Shown: positions 26,361-40,350 of the stretch, piece after piece
Layout of the letters: the number at the start of each line of letters is the position of its first letter
Position numbering within the stretch: the first letter of the stretch is position 1
Source of the DNA: Welwitschia mirabilis
Lineage: Eukaryota
DNA length: 59,251 nucleotides
NCBI GenBank assembly: GCA_051453625.1
Contig: JBOZIK010000001.1
Span: forward strand, 3,863,390 to 3,922,640
Reading direction: 5' to 3'
Notes under the pieces: generated by a model
What the model was told of the DNA's origin: nothing
Seen by the model: the letters and a program-made list of their open reading frames with translations, nothing else
Database searches by the model: none
Translations under genes and position numbers: made by a program

Positions 26361-28256
26361 TGCTACGAAAAACAAAAATTGCAAAAAACAAACCTATGAA
26401 ATCTAGAGTAAAAATACAGTGCTATACAGGCAACTAATTTAAATCCAAATCTAAAGTACTTATTTGGATAGTGACAATCCTCAAACCTTTTAGGACCTTT
26501 CCTGATAACAACGTTAAAATGTTGTGTGAATTTGTGCAATCTTGAAGTCCTTAAGGTAGATTCTATAAATTACAAATACTTATAGAAAAAACACATACTA
26601 ATATAGATGGGAGTTAACTCTAACGTCGTAAGTTAGTGAATTGATTTCAACAAAGTATTTTTAGTCTTTTTCCTTTAAGTAAATGAAAATAATAAACAAT
26701 GCACACGTAATGTAAGATGGATGATNNNNNNNNNNNNNNNNNNNNNNNNNNNNNNNNNNNNNNNNNNNNNNNNNNNNNNNNNNNNNNNNNNNNNNNNNNN
26801 NNNNNNNNNNNNNNNNNNNNNNNNNTTCCTCTAAGTAAATGAAAATAAGAAACAATGCACATGTAATGTAAGATGGATGATGATGAAATGCTTATGGATG
26901 AAATGCAAGTATAATGAATCTATTTGACTATTAATCCTTCTGTCACAAAGATCAACCCCTCTAACGTAGACCAATTAAGAAGAGTTCACTTATCTCTAAC
27001 TAACATAAGCTATAAGATATATCAAACAGAATGTGCAATGATGGGAATGCGATATGAAATGAATGCAATGTGAGATTTAAACTAATAATGTCAACCTTAA
27101 CAAAGTTATCTTTATGATCTAAATAAACTATGAAGATGTCACGGAATCATAATTAACTTAAACCATAAGGGAGGTTCACACAAATAGAGTTAAAGAGTTC
27201 TTGTATTAATCATGAATTAATATCCACTTACAAACAAAGTAGCAGCATCTTAATGGAGGATACTCAACCGAACATGAAGGAAAACTTCTTTGTAGCTATG
27301 GATGAACAACTTGCTCTTCAATTTCCCATCACAAGACTTTCTGGTATAGAAGATGAATTAGGAATTAGGACAAGGGAGGTATTTATAGTTTTACACTAAA
27401 GGCTCTGAAAACGAAACCTTAGAAGTCGGAGAAGAATCCCTAGTAGATCCCATTACAAAGATAATTCAATTTCGTTTATACAAAACAGGTGTCGTCCTTC
27501 TTGTTGTCCAAATGACACTGGCAATGATACCTGCAGTAGGAGATGAAGCATTAGCTTTTAGCCTTGTAGTCAACCTCATAGTCTGAAGTCTATGTCAGCA
27601 CACTGTCATCCTAATGGCCGTTTGGATGACACAGAGGACGATAGGCTTCCTTATGGCTGGACCTCCTGCCTTTTAATCTCCCGTCACAAGACTTTCTGGT
27701 ACAAAAGATAAATTGGGAATAAGGACAAAGGAGGTATTTATAGTTTTACATTGGAAGTTTTGTAAATGAAACCTTAGAAGTCGAAGAAGAAACCCTGGTA
27801 GCCCAGATGGGGCGCATGACCCCATTATAAAGATAATTCAATTTTGTTCATACAAAACAATTGTCGTCCTTCCCGTCATCCGGACGACACTAGGGACAAT
27901 ACCCCATAATAAGGAAGGATTCATCAGCTTCTAGCCCCGCAGTCAGCCCTGCAGTTTGAAGTCTATGTCAACACATTGTTGTCCTAATGATCGTCTGGAT
28001 GCATAGAGGACGATGGGCTTTCCTATCTTTCCATCTAAGAGAAATCAGCCTTTGGTATTATAATATTCTCCTCCAAATGCTAAGTGTCAGAATATGCTTG
28101 AAATGCCTCCAAATCTGTCAAGAATTGTGTGTTTCTGTGATCAGCCCATAGACTCTCCATAATCATAATCATCAGAATTGCATTTAAACCTATATAAATG
28201 CCTTGCAAAAGTACTTAAAATACCCCATCAAATGTATACAATTTGGCATCGCAACA
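26361..28256 (-). mobile_element. Gypsy (Athila-like) LTR, probably solo
   Basis: Ends tgctacga...tcgcaaca form a degenerate TG..CA inverted terminus. It has reverse-strand TATA boxes (tatttatag) and aatgcaa/atgaaatg-rich text typical of such LTRs. No matching TSD is seen. Confidence 0.55.
27318..28022. repeat. ~350-bp tandem duplication inside the LTR
   Basis: tcacaagactttctggta...ggaggtatttatagttttaca...gaaaccttagaagtcg...agaggacgat(a/g)ggctt occurs twice, starting at ~27330 and ~27684. Confidence 0.9.
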
Positions 28257-28262
28257 GTATAG

Positions 28263-28316
28263 AAAGGTTTAAACTTATGACCTCTTAAATGAAGGACAAG
28301 TATTAAACTACACACC
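28263..28316 (-). mobile_element. tRNA-derived SINE head (decayed)
   Basis: Reverse complement reads gtagtttaatacttgtccttcatttaagaggtcataagtttaaacct, similar to the 21245 copy. Confidence 0.4.
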
Positions 28317-29689
28317 CACATTGGCTGTAGGAATTGCTTGGTGTAATTTGCTTTATAAATATAACTCAAAATTTCATGGAAAATCTACACTCCATAGATT
28401 TTTAGAACTTAAATGACACTACTATTGCACTATGACATAATGGAGTTTATGTAAAATGCTAGATATTGCATACATGTAAAGATTTAATGGTTTATGAGTT
28501 ATTAGNNNNNNNNNNNNNNNNNNNNNNNNNNNNNNNNNNNNNNNNNNNNNNNNNNNNNNNNNNNNNNNNNNNNNNNNNNNNNNNNNNNNNNNNNNNNNNN
28601 NNNNNNNNNNNNNNNNNNNNNNNNNNNNNNNNNNNNNNNNNNNNNNNNNNNNNNNNNNNNNNNNNNNNNNNNNNNNNNNNNNNNNNNNNNNNNNNNNNNN
28701 NNNNNNNNNNNNNNNNNNNNNNNNNNNNNNNNNNNNNNNNNNNNNNNNNNNNNNNNNNNNNNNNNNNNNNNNNNNNNNNNNNNNNNNNNNNNNNNNNNNN
28801 NNNNNNNNNNNNNNNNNNNNNNNNNNNNNNNNNNNNNNNNNNNNNNNNNNNNNNNNNNNNNNNNNNNNNNNNNNNNNNNNNNNNNNNNNNNNNNNNNNNN
28901 NNNNNNNNNNNNNNNNNNNNNNNNNNNNNNNNNNNNNNNNNNNNNNNNNNNNNNNNNNNNNNNNNNNNNNNNNNNNNNNNNNNNNNNNNNNNNNNNNNNN
29001 NNNNNNNNNNNNNNNNNNNNNNNNNNNNNNNNNNNNNNNNNNNNNNNNNNNNNNNNNNNNNNNNNNNNNNNNNNNNNNNNNNNNNNNNNNNNNNNNNNNN
29101 NNNNNNNNNNNNNNNNNNNNNNNNNNNNNNNNNNNNNNNNNNNNNNNNNNNNNNNNNNNNNNNNNNNNNNNNNNNNNNNNNNNNNNNNNNNNNNNNNNNN
29201 NNNNNNNNNNNNNNNNNNNNNNNNNNNNNNNNNNNNNNNNNNNNNNNNNNNNNNNNNNNNNNNNNNNNNNNNNNNNNNNNNNNNNNNNNNNNNNNNNNNN
29301 NNNNNNNNNNNNNNNNNNNNNNNNNNNNNNNNNNNNNNNNNNNNNNNNNNNNNNNNNNNNNNNNNNNNNNNNNNNNNNNNNNNNNNNNNNNNNNNNNNNN
29401 NNNNNNNNNNNNNNNNNNNNNNNNNNNNNNNNNNNNNNNNNNNNNNNNNNNNNNNNNNNNNNNNNNNNNNNNNNNNNNNNNNNNNNNNNNNNNNNNNNNN
29501 NATGCCTAGGTCTCCATAGAATTAATGATAATCACCTTAGCAAATTATTCTCCTAACATGTTGACCCATTTATATGCTCTTGATAGCTGTCATAAGTGAG
29601 CAAGGTCATTTGCTATAAGGAAAGCTTGGAGTTCTGCAATCAAGTGTTGGTTCTTGGAATCTAATCAAATTTTCGAGGCTTACAAATAT

Positions 29690-29960
29690 TTTCTATTAAC
29701 GACTTCTTATCATGAAGAACATTGAATTGCATGTTCCTTTTGGATTTCACTAGAATCTTTAACGATTTCCTCTTAACTTTGTTGAATTTCATTTACATTT
29801 TTTTATGTTTTTATTAATTTCTATCAAAACTTCCTTACGAAAGCATTGAATTGCATTCCTGTTTTAGATTTCACTAGAATCTTTAATGATTTCCTCTTAA
29901 AGATCTTGAATTTTATTTTCATTTTTTATGTTTCCATTAATTTCTATCAGAACTTCATTT
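29690..29960. repeat. ~122-bp tandem repeat, about 2.2 copies
   Basis: cattgaattgcat...gatttcactagaatctttaa(c/t)gatttcctcttaa occurs twice, and tttctatca starts a third copy. Confidence 0.85.
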
Positions 29961-30734
29961 GCTTCTTCTTTCTTGTTCAATCTTTGAATGCTTCTTGATG
30001 TTGCATTTCCTTTAAGTTTGAGATTAACTTCCATGAATTATGTTGAAATGGGATTTTGAGTTGAGATTAAATTCCATGAACAATGTTGAAATGAGCTTAA
30101 AATGTTCAAGACTAATGCCTAAAACTTTGTCATCGTTAAGGGCTTGATGATGTTGAAATGAGTTGCATTTTCCTTTGATTTGATACTTTGAAACTAATAC
30201 TTTTGTCTTTACGTGAATTTGATATTTCATATTGTGAAATGTGGACATGAATTTTAAGGAACTAGGTTGTATCTTAAGCTTTTACATGCCTTCTTTCCAA
30301 CCTATTGGTTTAAGAGTTTGATCCTTCTTTACAACCTTACTTTTGGGAGCTTGTGCTTCACTAGGTAAACCTTAGTCAATCCCTAAGATTTTAAGACCTT
30401 GGAATGAATGTTTGTAAGGTCATTGAATTGTAAGAAGAATGGGAGATCTCTTAGAAGTGAGGATTTATGTTTTGTTGTTGGAAAAAGTAGTTTAAAGCTC
30501 TTTCTAAATAGAAGCAGCCTTAGGAAGGACCAAGGGAAATATCATTAAAATGAAAATGTTAGAATGAAGAAAGGATTTAAGAGATAGAGTTAGTTGGAAA
30601 AATAAAAATAAATATGTGAAAGATCAAGAAGCATGAGTAGAAATCAAAATATGTTACAATTGGTTGCGATAAGAAATAGGTCATGTTAAGTCAAGGATAG
30701 TTGTATCATTTTGACAGATAATCCAACATGTTAG

Positions 30735-30960
30735 ATTCTAAGATTGTAGCAAACTATGTAATTAAGTTTTACAAAATTTTGATATTGAGATTTTTGTGCT
30801 TTTTATGATTAGCGTAAAATTAATTAGTTAGATGAGAATGAACATAATAAATTCTAAGCTTGTAGCAAATTATGTAACTCAAGTTCTACAGAATTGTGAT
30901 ATTGCGATTTTGCGTTTTTAATGATTAATTTACACTTAATTTTTTAGGTGAGAATGCATG
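30735..30960. repeat. ~116-bp tandem duplication
   Basis: attctaag(a/c)ttgtagcaaa(c/t)tatgtaa...gatattg(a/c)gatttt...gagaatg occurs twice. Confidence 0.85.
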
Positions 30961-31127
30961 TAAACTTTGGTTGTGTTGGGGAATATGGTATGATTGAAGA
31001 GATGTGACGTCTTTTAAGGGAGGAGGGTTGAAATCAAAACGAATCTACCTCCCCGTAACAGTAGAACTATCACAATTGCCTAAATAGCTAATTTTATTTC
31101 ATTAGTGTGTTAAGAGGGACATCCAAA

Positions 31128-31185
31128 AGTTTGAACCCATGAATTTCTAAATCAAGAACAAGTGTCCTACTACTTAGAATACCCC
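31128..31185 (-). mobile_element. tRNA-derived SINE head (decayed)
   Basis: Reverse complement reads ggggtattctaagtagtaggacacttgttcttgatttagaaattcatgggttcaaact, with A-box-like and B-box (ggttcaaac) motifs. Confidence 0.5.
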
Positions 31186-31524
31186 TTCATTGCCCATGTA
31201 ACACAAATCTTTTATGAAACAAAGAAATATCCTATTTGATGAAATTTGAAGACTTAAGATCCATTTTTATAACTAAATTGACTATCGTAGCTATATTTAA
31301 TGTTATCCATATCAATAAATTTGATCTCTTGATTAGTAAATTTCTAGTGCTTTTAGGTCTCTCTTATCTCTAAGAAGATAGTAGATGGTTCAATACTTTA
31401 GTAATTGTGAAAAGCTTATATTACAAAGGCAAACGGAACTTACAGAAAGAACATTATTTGAAAACTTGTAATGATAGAGAGTTGTTATATAGTTTCTAAA
31501 TAACTTATGCAAAAGAGGAAACAT

Positions 31525-31626
31525 TCATGGGGGTCTTTTTTGAAAAATCATGGGGGTATTTTTTGAAAAAGTCAAAATTTGAAAGCAGGAAATCATGGGG
31601 GTCTTTTTTGAAAAAGTCAAAATTGC
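31525..31626. repeat. Short repeat catgggggt(c/a)ttttttgaaaaa x3
   Basis: Three copies are directly visible; two continue gtcaaaatt. Confidence 0.8.
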
Positions 31627-34289
31627 AAAACACAAGTGCAATTTAAATGACAAAAAGGAAGTGGGTATAGGAGAACAAAATAAAAATATACACAACTTTA
31701 GAAAGAGACTAAATGATCAAAGAACTTGAAGCTAAAGTAATTAAAGTTACATCTAAATAAGTTGTGGTCCTTTTGTTAAATGATTTGACCCTTTAGCAAA
31801 GAGAAAATCGATTAAACTGGGGATAAGAAAGAAGAAGGAAAGGAAGCGATGAGTCATCCAATAGGGAGAACATCAATAGAATTGGGGGATAATAAAGGAG
31901 AAGGAAAGTTCCAATAATTGGAGTCAAAGGTTTGTCTTCCCTACCATTTAATTTTGTAAAGCAAACAAAAATGATAATATCGACAATCTCCTAAATGTGT
32001 AACTTTGACGTAATTCTTATTTTTATTAATGAAAAGATTACTTAATTGTTTTCTTTTCAATTATTTTGTAAACCATATTCTTGGAAGTATTCTAAACTGT
32101 AATTTACTTTTATGTTAATAGGTATCTTTCTTCTTCTTATTTTTTTTTGAATACTAATCTTTCTTATTTAATTGAAAACAAGTTATTAAGTAAAGCCCTT
32201 GTGTGTCCATTGTAAGCCAACCCTTCCAATATTTGCCATAAAAGTATCTAATTCAAGTATGGAAAATAAGTAATGAACAAAATAATAGTATTCAAGAAGT
32301 ATGTTATCTTGAAGATGTTCATTATTAAAGTTATGTCTGTATAATCAAGTAATGTATAATTGTTTTCTATGTTATACTAATTGTTTTCTATATTTTCAGT
32401 ATCATTAATCATCTTGAATTATTAGATCATTCATAATTATTGTTATAAATGCATTCTTAAATATTCCATGATTGGCTTCAAATGATTTGTTCGAAACTCA
32501 AAATCACATATGATTCCACTTCCATGATAAATCATTATCACATGTAAATTTTCTACATATAAGAAAATTTCTTCATTACACTATATCAAATCATACTGTG
32601 TGACTTGCCAACTTGATATTCAATATATTTGTTGGTATTCCTTTAAAATATGATATTGAAGAGGCAGTACAAAAAGAAGCAAACCAAAAAAAAGAAAGAG
32701 GTGGATTGGGAACTTTGCATAACGAAATTATTTTTTGTTAAATTTTTATAAATTTTAATATGGAAATTATGTTGATACGTAGATGTGAACTGTGATGTAA
32801 GCAAAGACTTGGAGCATCAAAAGAGCAAGCTTGAACAACAAAATTGGGTTTTCATGGAGTCCATGAAATGATGTAAGAGCTACGTAAGACTTGACACACA
32901 ATTGAAAGTTGAATGTCTTGTACATAGTGTCCGATCAGCTTCAACTAAAGTAAAACAATTAAAAAACATGATTTTTGTTTTGCAGAGTAATTCTGCTAAC
33001 AAACTTACTCTACTCTAATTATGAAAGACTATATCAAGCTAGCCACAAAGACTACATAGTTCGTTATGAATATTTCTTTTAAAAAATTTAAAAATGGTTC
33101 TTGAGACCTCAAAAAAGTTAAAGAACAAGTGTAATGAGAAGGTTATATAATTAAAGAAAGTTAGGAATGACAAAAGACACTAATAGTAAAATCTCAGAGA
33201 CAAGCATAGAACTGGTTTTTGAGAAAGAACTTTAGATAATGTTGAGAATGAGGTGATGAAAGTACAAAACTTAAAAAGTTTTCAAGAAGCATAATTGAGT
33301 TCTCCATTTGCCTTTACAGAGATGTTTCTAGAATTAACATTAAATGTTTCAAAATAGTTAACCAAAGTCAACATGAAATTAGTTTTGGCAAAACAAGAGA
33401 TGTTCTTAGAGGTCATTCTAGAGGTGAATATGATTGTGGCTTTTGCTTTGGATGATTTAGTAAGCTCATTGAACTTGTAATTCATGAAAAATAAATGTAT
33501 TTTGAAATTAATAGATAATATTTTGGAGGGAAGTACTTTTCTATTATTATTTTATAAACTAATTTGTAAATTCTATTACTACAACTAATTTTATAGATAA
33601 CTATTAAATAGGAAATGGTTAACCTTTATGTACAATAAAGTGAGAAGTTTTGTGATCTCTTCTAATAAAAAATCACGATTAAAAAGTAATAGTAATTTTA
33701 TATTTTGAAAAGCATTAGACAAAGGCATTTTCTAAATTTTATAAAGAAGGAATAAAGCCATCTTGAATCCTAATCTTCTTGTGTAAGATAAGCATAACAT
33801 GTTAGACAAGTAAAGTAAAAGAGGATTATGATCAAAATTGGTCTTCATATGATACAAAGAACTAATTAAGGTCTTCAGTGGATAAGACATTTGTTATGCT
33901 TAATTGGATTTAGGCTAATTCTAGGTATAAGGAGTGGTGAGTAAGGATTCTTGATAACTTTCAAATACCAAAATAAGAGAGTAGCAAAAACATAGAAATG
34001 TGTTAAATGAATGAATGAAAAATATTAAAAGAATGTATTTTGCATGGATAAATAAAGGGAAAGGACACAAACATAATGAAAATTTCTATAAGCATTATGA
34101 TTCCCCCAAATAAAAATCAAGAATAACATAAATATTTTGATGAAAGAAGTTCATTATGAAAGAAGATATTTGATGCTAGAAAAGATTGATTTAGTGGTAA
34201 GGGGTTGTTTGTTTTAATAAAAAGTAAGAATACAAGAAAGAACTATAAGAGGACATAAGTACTTTCTTTGAAGGCAAAATTAACAAGAA

Positions 34290-35900
34290 TACTTCTATTT
34301 CACAAAACACATTATGTTTTGGATTCAAAGTGAGCGTATGATACATGGGTTAATCATATGACATAAAAGGCATAACATAGAAGATGAAAGCTCTTGTATA
34401 GAGTTATATACCTAGATTTTCTATGTATTTATGCTATTCGTATTTTGCAAATTTAGTTTAAAGCCTTCTTGAGAATAAGTAATAATCTTCCTTTAATTCC
34501 TAACCCATACACCAAAAAGAAAAAAATTAAAAAAAAATTGTGTGATATAATAGCTATCATAAAACTATGAAACATTTAGCACATTCGTTTAAACTTGGAA
34601 CATATAATAAAGTATTCCATATGAATAATTTGTTTGTCTATTATAAATGCATAAATTATGGAATCATTTAGAGGGTAGTGCAAACAATATCATGGACAAT
34701 ATTATCATGATCATATTAAGACAATCAAATTAGAATCTTCTGTCCAAGGACACAGAGGCACATTCAACATTCATGAAGTGAAAGATCTTCTCAATTCAAA
34801 ATATCAAATAATGATAAGTGAATAGGTAGAATGAATGACACAAAAGATTAGAAAAGCTAAGACATAATTCATATTTACCTTCAGAAGAGATGAAGACAAA
34901 AATAAATGAAGAAAAGAAAAGGAGCTAATATTAACAAGAAATTGTGTGTATTGTATTCATGTTAAATGAGGATAACAACAAACATGAAATTCTTTAATTT
35001 TGGTACATAAACTCTAGTTACATGACTTTAAGAAAACTTTTTTGGTTCCATTTTTAGTAATAAAGGGGTGTTTTGTAGAACTTATAGATGGATACTATGC
35101 TAGCTTCACTAGGATAGGTATCATTGAGTGGTCTTTTAATAAAGACATGTTAAAAATTAAAATTTTTTATTATTCATCAAAATTTTGCATAATGTACTAA
35201 CATTTTAGCAATGATAAAATATTGGAAATGATCTTTTATTTGCTAAAATGAGCTATAAAATATTTTATTTTGAAAATGCTAAGTAATCGATGTCTATAAA
35301 GCATATGCAAGTAAGCGTCATGAGATAAGATTTCATTTTAATCTTTAAAGAAATGGAATTTATGAAAATATGATATCAATGGCTCAATCATCTTAAATTA
35401 TACACAATTATATAAAGAGGCTTATGTCAAGGAATAAAAAATTACATGTAAAAATTGTTAAAGGTAAACTAATAGAAAACCAATTACTTTAGGTGATATA
35501 CTAGAGGAAAACTTACTCTTAGAAGTGATTCATTTAGACATTAGCTCAATGGGTGGAATCCTAGTTTGAAAAAGACATGGTTTTATTCAATATTAGTGCA
35601 TCATTATATTTGATAAAATTAGACCTACCAATTTCAATAGGAAAAAGAATCACTTACTACATTTAAAGAACAAAGAAATTTAGAATAAAATAGTATAAAA
35701 AATAAACTAGAAAAGGATTGATCATAAAGAGAAATATAGTTTAAGTCATTTTTTGTATTGTTTTAAACAAAAAGAAATAGAACATTTTCCTATTGAATTT
35801 CAGTCACCTTTCTTACTAATGTTGCAAAATCAAAAATCTACATTTCAAAAGAGATAGTATAATGTTTATATCTAAGAAAGTTTAATCTAGATATGACTTT
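34290..35900 (+). mobile_element. Highly degraded Copia pol remnant
   Basis: Protease-like gttttggattca (VLDS) at ~34316. Integrase-like LEVIHLDISSMGGILV at ~35519 (cf. LELIHSDxCxMxG). A possible SDRGGEY-derived gatcataaagagaaatat at ~35720. Confidence 0.45.
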
Positions 35901-36095
35901 TAACAAGTATCATTTTTATGCCTAAATAAAACATGTTAGAACTTTTCAAATTTGATTTTAATAATAACACATTATTCTTAAGTTTATCATGTAAAATCAT
36001 AATGGTAATAATTTCATAAAGGAGTTAAATATTTTAATAATTTAATAGTAATAAATAATGCTAACAATATTTAACACAAGTCTTGTCTAAGATTG

Positions 36096-36375
36096 ATTGC
36101 CATAATGGTTAAGTCTTGGACATACTAAACTTGAGCTCTTGAGTTCAAACCTTCGCATTATTGGGGACACATAGTTTGAAAACTTGCATGGGCCCAAGTG
36201 CCATTGGCATTTGTGTGGTACATGCCTGCCTACCAATTGTTATCCTAAATAAAATTTTAAGTTCAAACCTTTGCATTGGTGGGGGCACATAGTTTGAAAA
36301 CTTGCATGGGCCTAAGTGCCATTCGCATTTGTGTGGTACATGCCTGTCTATCAATTGTTACCCTAAATAAAATTA
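36096..36375 (+). mobile_element. tRNA-derived SINE-like element with ~118-bp tandemly duplicated body
   Basis: A-box-like gccataatggt and B-box gagttcaaacc. The unit agttcaaacctt..gcatt...cttgcatgggcc.aagtgccatt...ctaaataaaatt occurs twice (36142 and 36260). Confidence 0.55.
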
Positions 36376-38299
36376 TTTAACACAAATCGTATCATGGTAC
36401 TTATTCTTCACTTGAATATCTTTCTAATAATGAAATACTAGAACTATACCATTCCATTCATTCATGTATTATAAACAACATGAAAAATTTTATAATGGAT
36501 TATGTGATCAATCCAACATCATTTACCATTTTAATATATTATTAACTATTGTAACTATTATTTAATGACACTTAACATTTTCCAACATTTCCCTCTTTGA
36601 AACAATGAGGTGGAAAACCTAATAATGACATAAAATGATTAAACTTTCTGATATTCTATAAGTATGTAAGATTGTTAGTGAGGTTTGGTATGGACTTAAT
36701 GTAATGAATATCAAACCTTTTGATAGGGTAATCATCATATATAGCAAAAATATGTATTTTGAAATGATTAGCCTTTCCAGTTATTATAGGTTTTTGTCAT
36801 AGCTTAGATTGTAGCTTTAGTATCAGAATAGATAATAGGATTTTGTACATTAATGCCTAGTGCTATAAGCAGATTCTGAATGCTAAGAATCTTTAGAACT
36901 TCAATTATAACCCAGTACTCAGTTTTCATGGTCAACCTCCAAATATGATCCTACTTCATTCTTATCCATTGATGGACTTTTCTAAATAGATTAGGTAACT
37001 AGTTCTACACCTTTTCAAGATTGGATCACCACCCTAATTAGAGTTAACATAGGTAATTAATTGATTATCTAATTATCTAAAGATTAGGCTAAAGTATTTT
37101 GTCTATTTAAAGTGTAGTAAGATTTGGAGAATAGCTCCCGTATGATACTTGTTTAATTCCCTTAAGAAAAATGAAAGAATATTTTCTAGCAACTCATTAT
37201 CTAAACTACTTTTAGTAAGATATTATAGCTTCGTAGTAATTCTATAAAACTAAGTAGCATCAATATTCACATGGTAATCTTCATATATTTTTTGAGCAAG
37301 GTTTAATGGAATAACACTTTCTTTGATGTCTTTAACTTGATATGCTTTAAGCATGATATCCTCATTGTAATGATTCCAAAACCCCTTTTTTGTAAACTAT
37401 CATTTGTTATACTAATTTTGTTATTTGTTAAATAAACTGTTAAACATTATAGTAGCCGTTCAAGGGGTATAACCCTTACAGAATAACTATTCTAAAGGGT
37501 TAAACATTTTATCATTATTAAATGAGGTATTTGAAAAAGCGAAGGGCATGCATGTGACTTGCACATGGGCACACTGAGTTCTTGACTTACTAGCCTAGGT
37601 CCTCAGTAGTCCCACAGACTTGACCTTAAACGTAGTATGATTTGGTTGAGCTATTATACCAAGACCTTGCATTTTGCATGAATGGAACCACGATTATCAT
37701 TTTGGGATCTTATGCAATAAGGATGAGTACTTTATTTTCTTTGGGCTATAATATTTTCATTTATTTTAATAAGGTATAATTATTCATTAGTTTTCATTGA
37801 TATTCCCATTTACTATCAAAATCATTTTTTGTTTAATTTTTATAAATGAAATTGGAAATGTTAAAATTAGCATTAGAGAAAATTGATTCACAAATTATGA
37901 ATTTTTAAAAAAAAATCATTTCATTAAAGTCAGAAGCTAAGTTCTTATAATAATTACAAAAAGTAGGAATCTAAAGAAAGGAATACAAGAAATAGTAATA
38001 ACACCAAAAAATAGCATCAGGTAACAAAGGCAAAAAATCATAAGAAGCATCTAAGCAAAGGAATCACTTAACTCAAGACCATTCTTATGAGAACGAGAAG
38101 CCTTAGGTAAAGGATCAAACAGGTTAGGAAGAATATTCCCTCATCATCATCAAGCAATAAGAAATCCAAGGTTAGTGATGTAACAGTTGACTTGACTTTA
38201 ACGAGATGGATGAGGTGATTAAGGTAGATATAGGGATGATGACAAGCAAAGGAAAGAGAAAAGTGAACCATTTGGGATCCATCATGACTCTAGAACCAA

Positions 38300-39890
38300 A
38301 TTAGAAACATAAGGGGACACCACACTGCTAACATAACAACTCACAATGATTACACAGTGAAGCAATGGTGACTTAAGAAGTTTATGGAGCTAAGGGATGA
38401 ACTAGTAATATAAGGAGGTGCCACACTATTGATATGGTAGCAAAAAATGATCACACAGTGAAGTAGTGATGACTTAAGTAGTTTGTAAAGCCAAAGAATA
38501 GACTAGTAATACAAAGGGACACCATGTTGCTAATATGAAAATGATCACGTAATAAAGAAGTGGTAACATAAGTAGTTTATGGAGTTTAAGGATGAATCAA
38601 TAACATAAGAGAACACCACACTGCTAATAGGGAAGCTCANNNNNNNNNNNNNNNNNNNNNNNNNNNNNNNNNNNNNNNNNNNNNNNNNNNNNNNNNNNNN
38701 NNNNNNNNNNNNNNNNNNNNNNNNNNNNNNNNNNNNNNNAAAACGATCACATAGTGAAGCAATGATGATCTAAGTAGTTGATGGAGCTAAAAGATTGACT
38801 AGTAACATAAGGGAACATCCCAATGCTGACATTTTGGCTCAAAATAATACCTAGTAAACTAGTGGGGACCTAAGCAATTTGTGAAGCTAAACATGGAATA
38901 ATAACATAAGGGGACATTACATTAATAATATGGAAGTTCAAAATGGTTGCACAATAAAACATGGGTGACCTAAGTAGTCAAGGAAACTAAAGGCTTAACC
39001 AAACTCAAAAGGGATGCCATACTTCTCATATGGCACCTCAAAACTATTTCAAAATGATGTCATGCTTGCTAAAATAATTATGAAGGCCAAATAGTCAACT
39101 AAATTATAATGATGTGTTACACTACTGAGATGGCATCTCGAAATTGTTTCACAATGATTTAATGCTGACTTAAGTAGTTAAGGAAGCCAAATAATCAAAT
39201 ACAATTATAAGGGAAGGAGGGCACACTACTAACATGGAACCTCAAAAATATTTCACAATGATGTCTTGCTAATCTAACTAATCAAGGAGGATAAACAATC
39301 AATCAAAATTATAAGGGGATGCCACACTACTAACATGATACCTTGCAACTATTCCAAAATGATGTCATGCTAACTTAAGTAGTTGAGAAGGTCAAACAAT
39401 TAACAAAAATTATAAGGGGATATCACACTATTAACATAACACCAAGAATTAATTCTAGAATGATGTCATTCTAATCAAAGTAATCAAGAATTCCAAAAAT
39501 TCAAGAAAAATTATAGGGGAGCACCAAATTATTGACATGACACCTTGAAATAGTCCTAAAATGATGTCATACTAACACAAATAATTAAGGAGGCCAAAGA
39601 CTCAAGTAGAAGAAAGCATCATACTATTGATATGACACCTCAAAATACTAAAGGGTATCATACTATTGATATAATAGTGCTAGATGCTTATCAAATAATG
39701 ATAAGCTGACACAAGTAGCTCTAGAGGTCAAATTATTAACCAAAATCATAAGAGGTTACTACCTTGCTAATATGACATTCTAAGAAGTTCAAGAAGAGAT
39801 GCAAAGTAGACATAAGCAATCTATAAAGATAAATGGATAATCAAAAATTGAAGAAAAATTGAAGGGAACACTACACTGTTGTTGCCACGA
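38300..39890 (+). repeat. ~101-bp tandem array (about 15 diverged units) inside the LTR element
   Basis: The unit start ataagggga(c/t)(a/g)ccacact(g/a)ctaa(c/t)at recurs at ~38309, 38410, 38511, 38605, 38806, 38906, 39007, 39107, 39207, 39311, 39412, 39513 and beyond, with one N gap inside. Confidence 0.9.
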
Positions 39891-40260
39891 TGACATCATT
39901 AGGTTTAAAATCTAACTGGAACCCACTGATAGTGTATATAAATATGTATATATGTAACATAGAAAAATTACCATATTAACCATTTCCTAAATATGAAAGC
40001 AGTGAGGTAATTTTAACTCCTGGAAAAACTATTATAATAATAAAATTGTTTAGCCTATAAAAGGTGGAATACATATAGNNNNNNNNNNNNNNNNNNNNNN
40101 NNNNNNNNNNNNNNNNNNNNNNNNNNNNNNNNNNNTATAAATGCTCACATCAATGCCTTACAAAATAAATTGGATGAGTTTAACAATGGTTGTAAATCAA
40201 TTCTATGAATGTGAAGGATTCACAGAAAATCATAAATGATAGACTAAACTCTTTTCTTAG

Positions 40261-40350
40261 AGCTCTTAAGGGAAGATCATAGGAACATCAAATTAGAGAA
40301 CTCCAGCTCTTAAGGAAAGATCATAGAAACATCCAATTAGAGAACTCCAG
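40261..40350. repeat. ~44-bp tandem duplication
   Basis: agctcttaagg(g/a)aagatcatag(g/a)aacatc(a/c)aattagagaactcc occurs twice. Confidence 0.85.

Noticed and set aside
38300..39890. Regularly spaced repeats as a CRISPR-like array
   Set aside because: Whole units are homologous with no unique spacers, the context is eukaryotic, and there are no cas genes.
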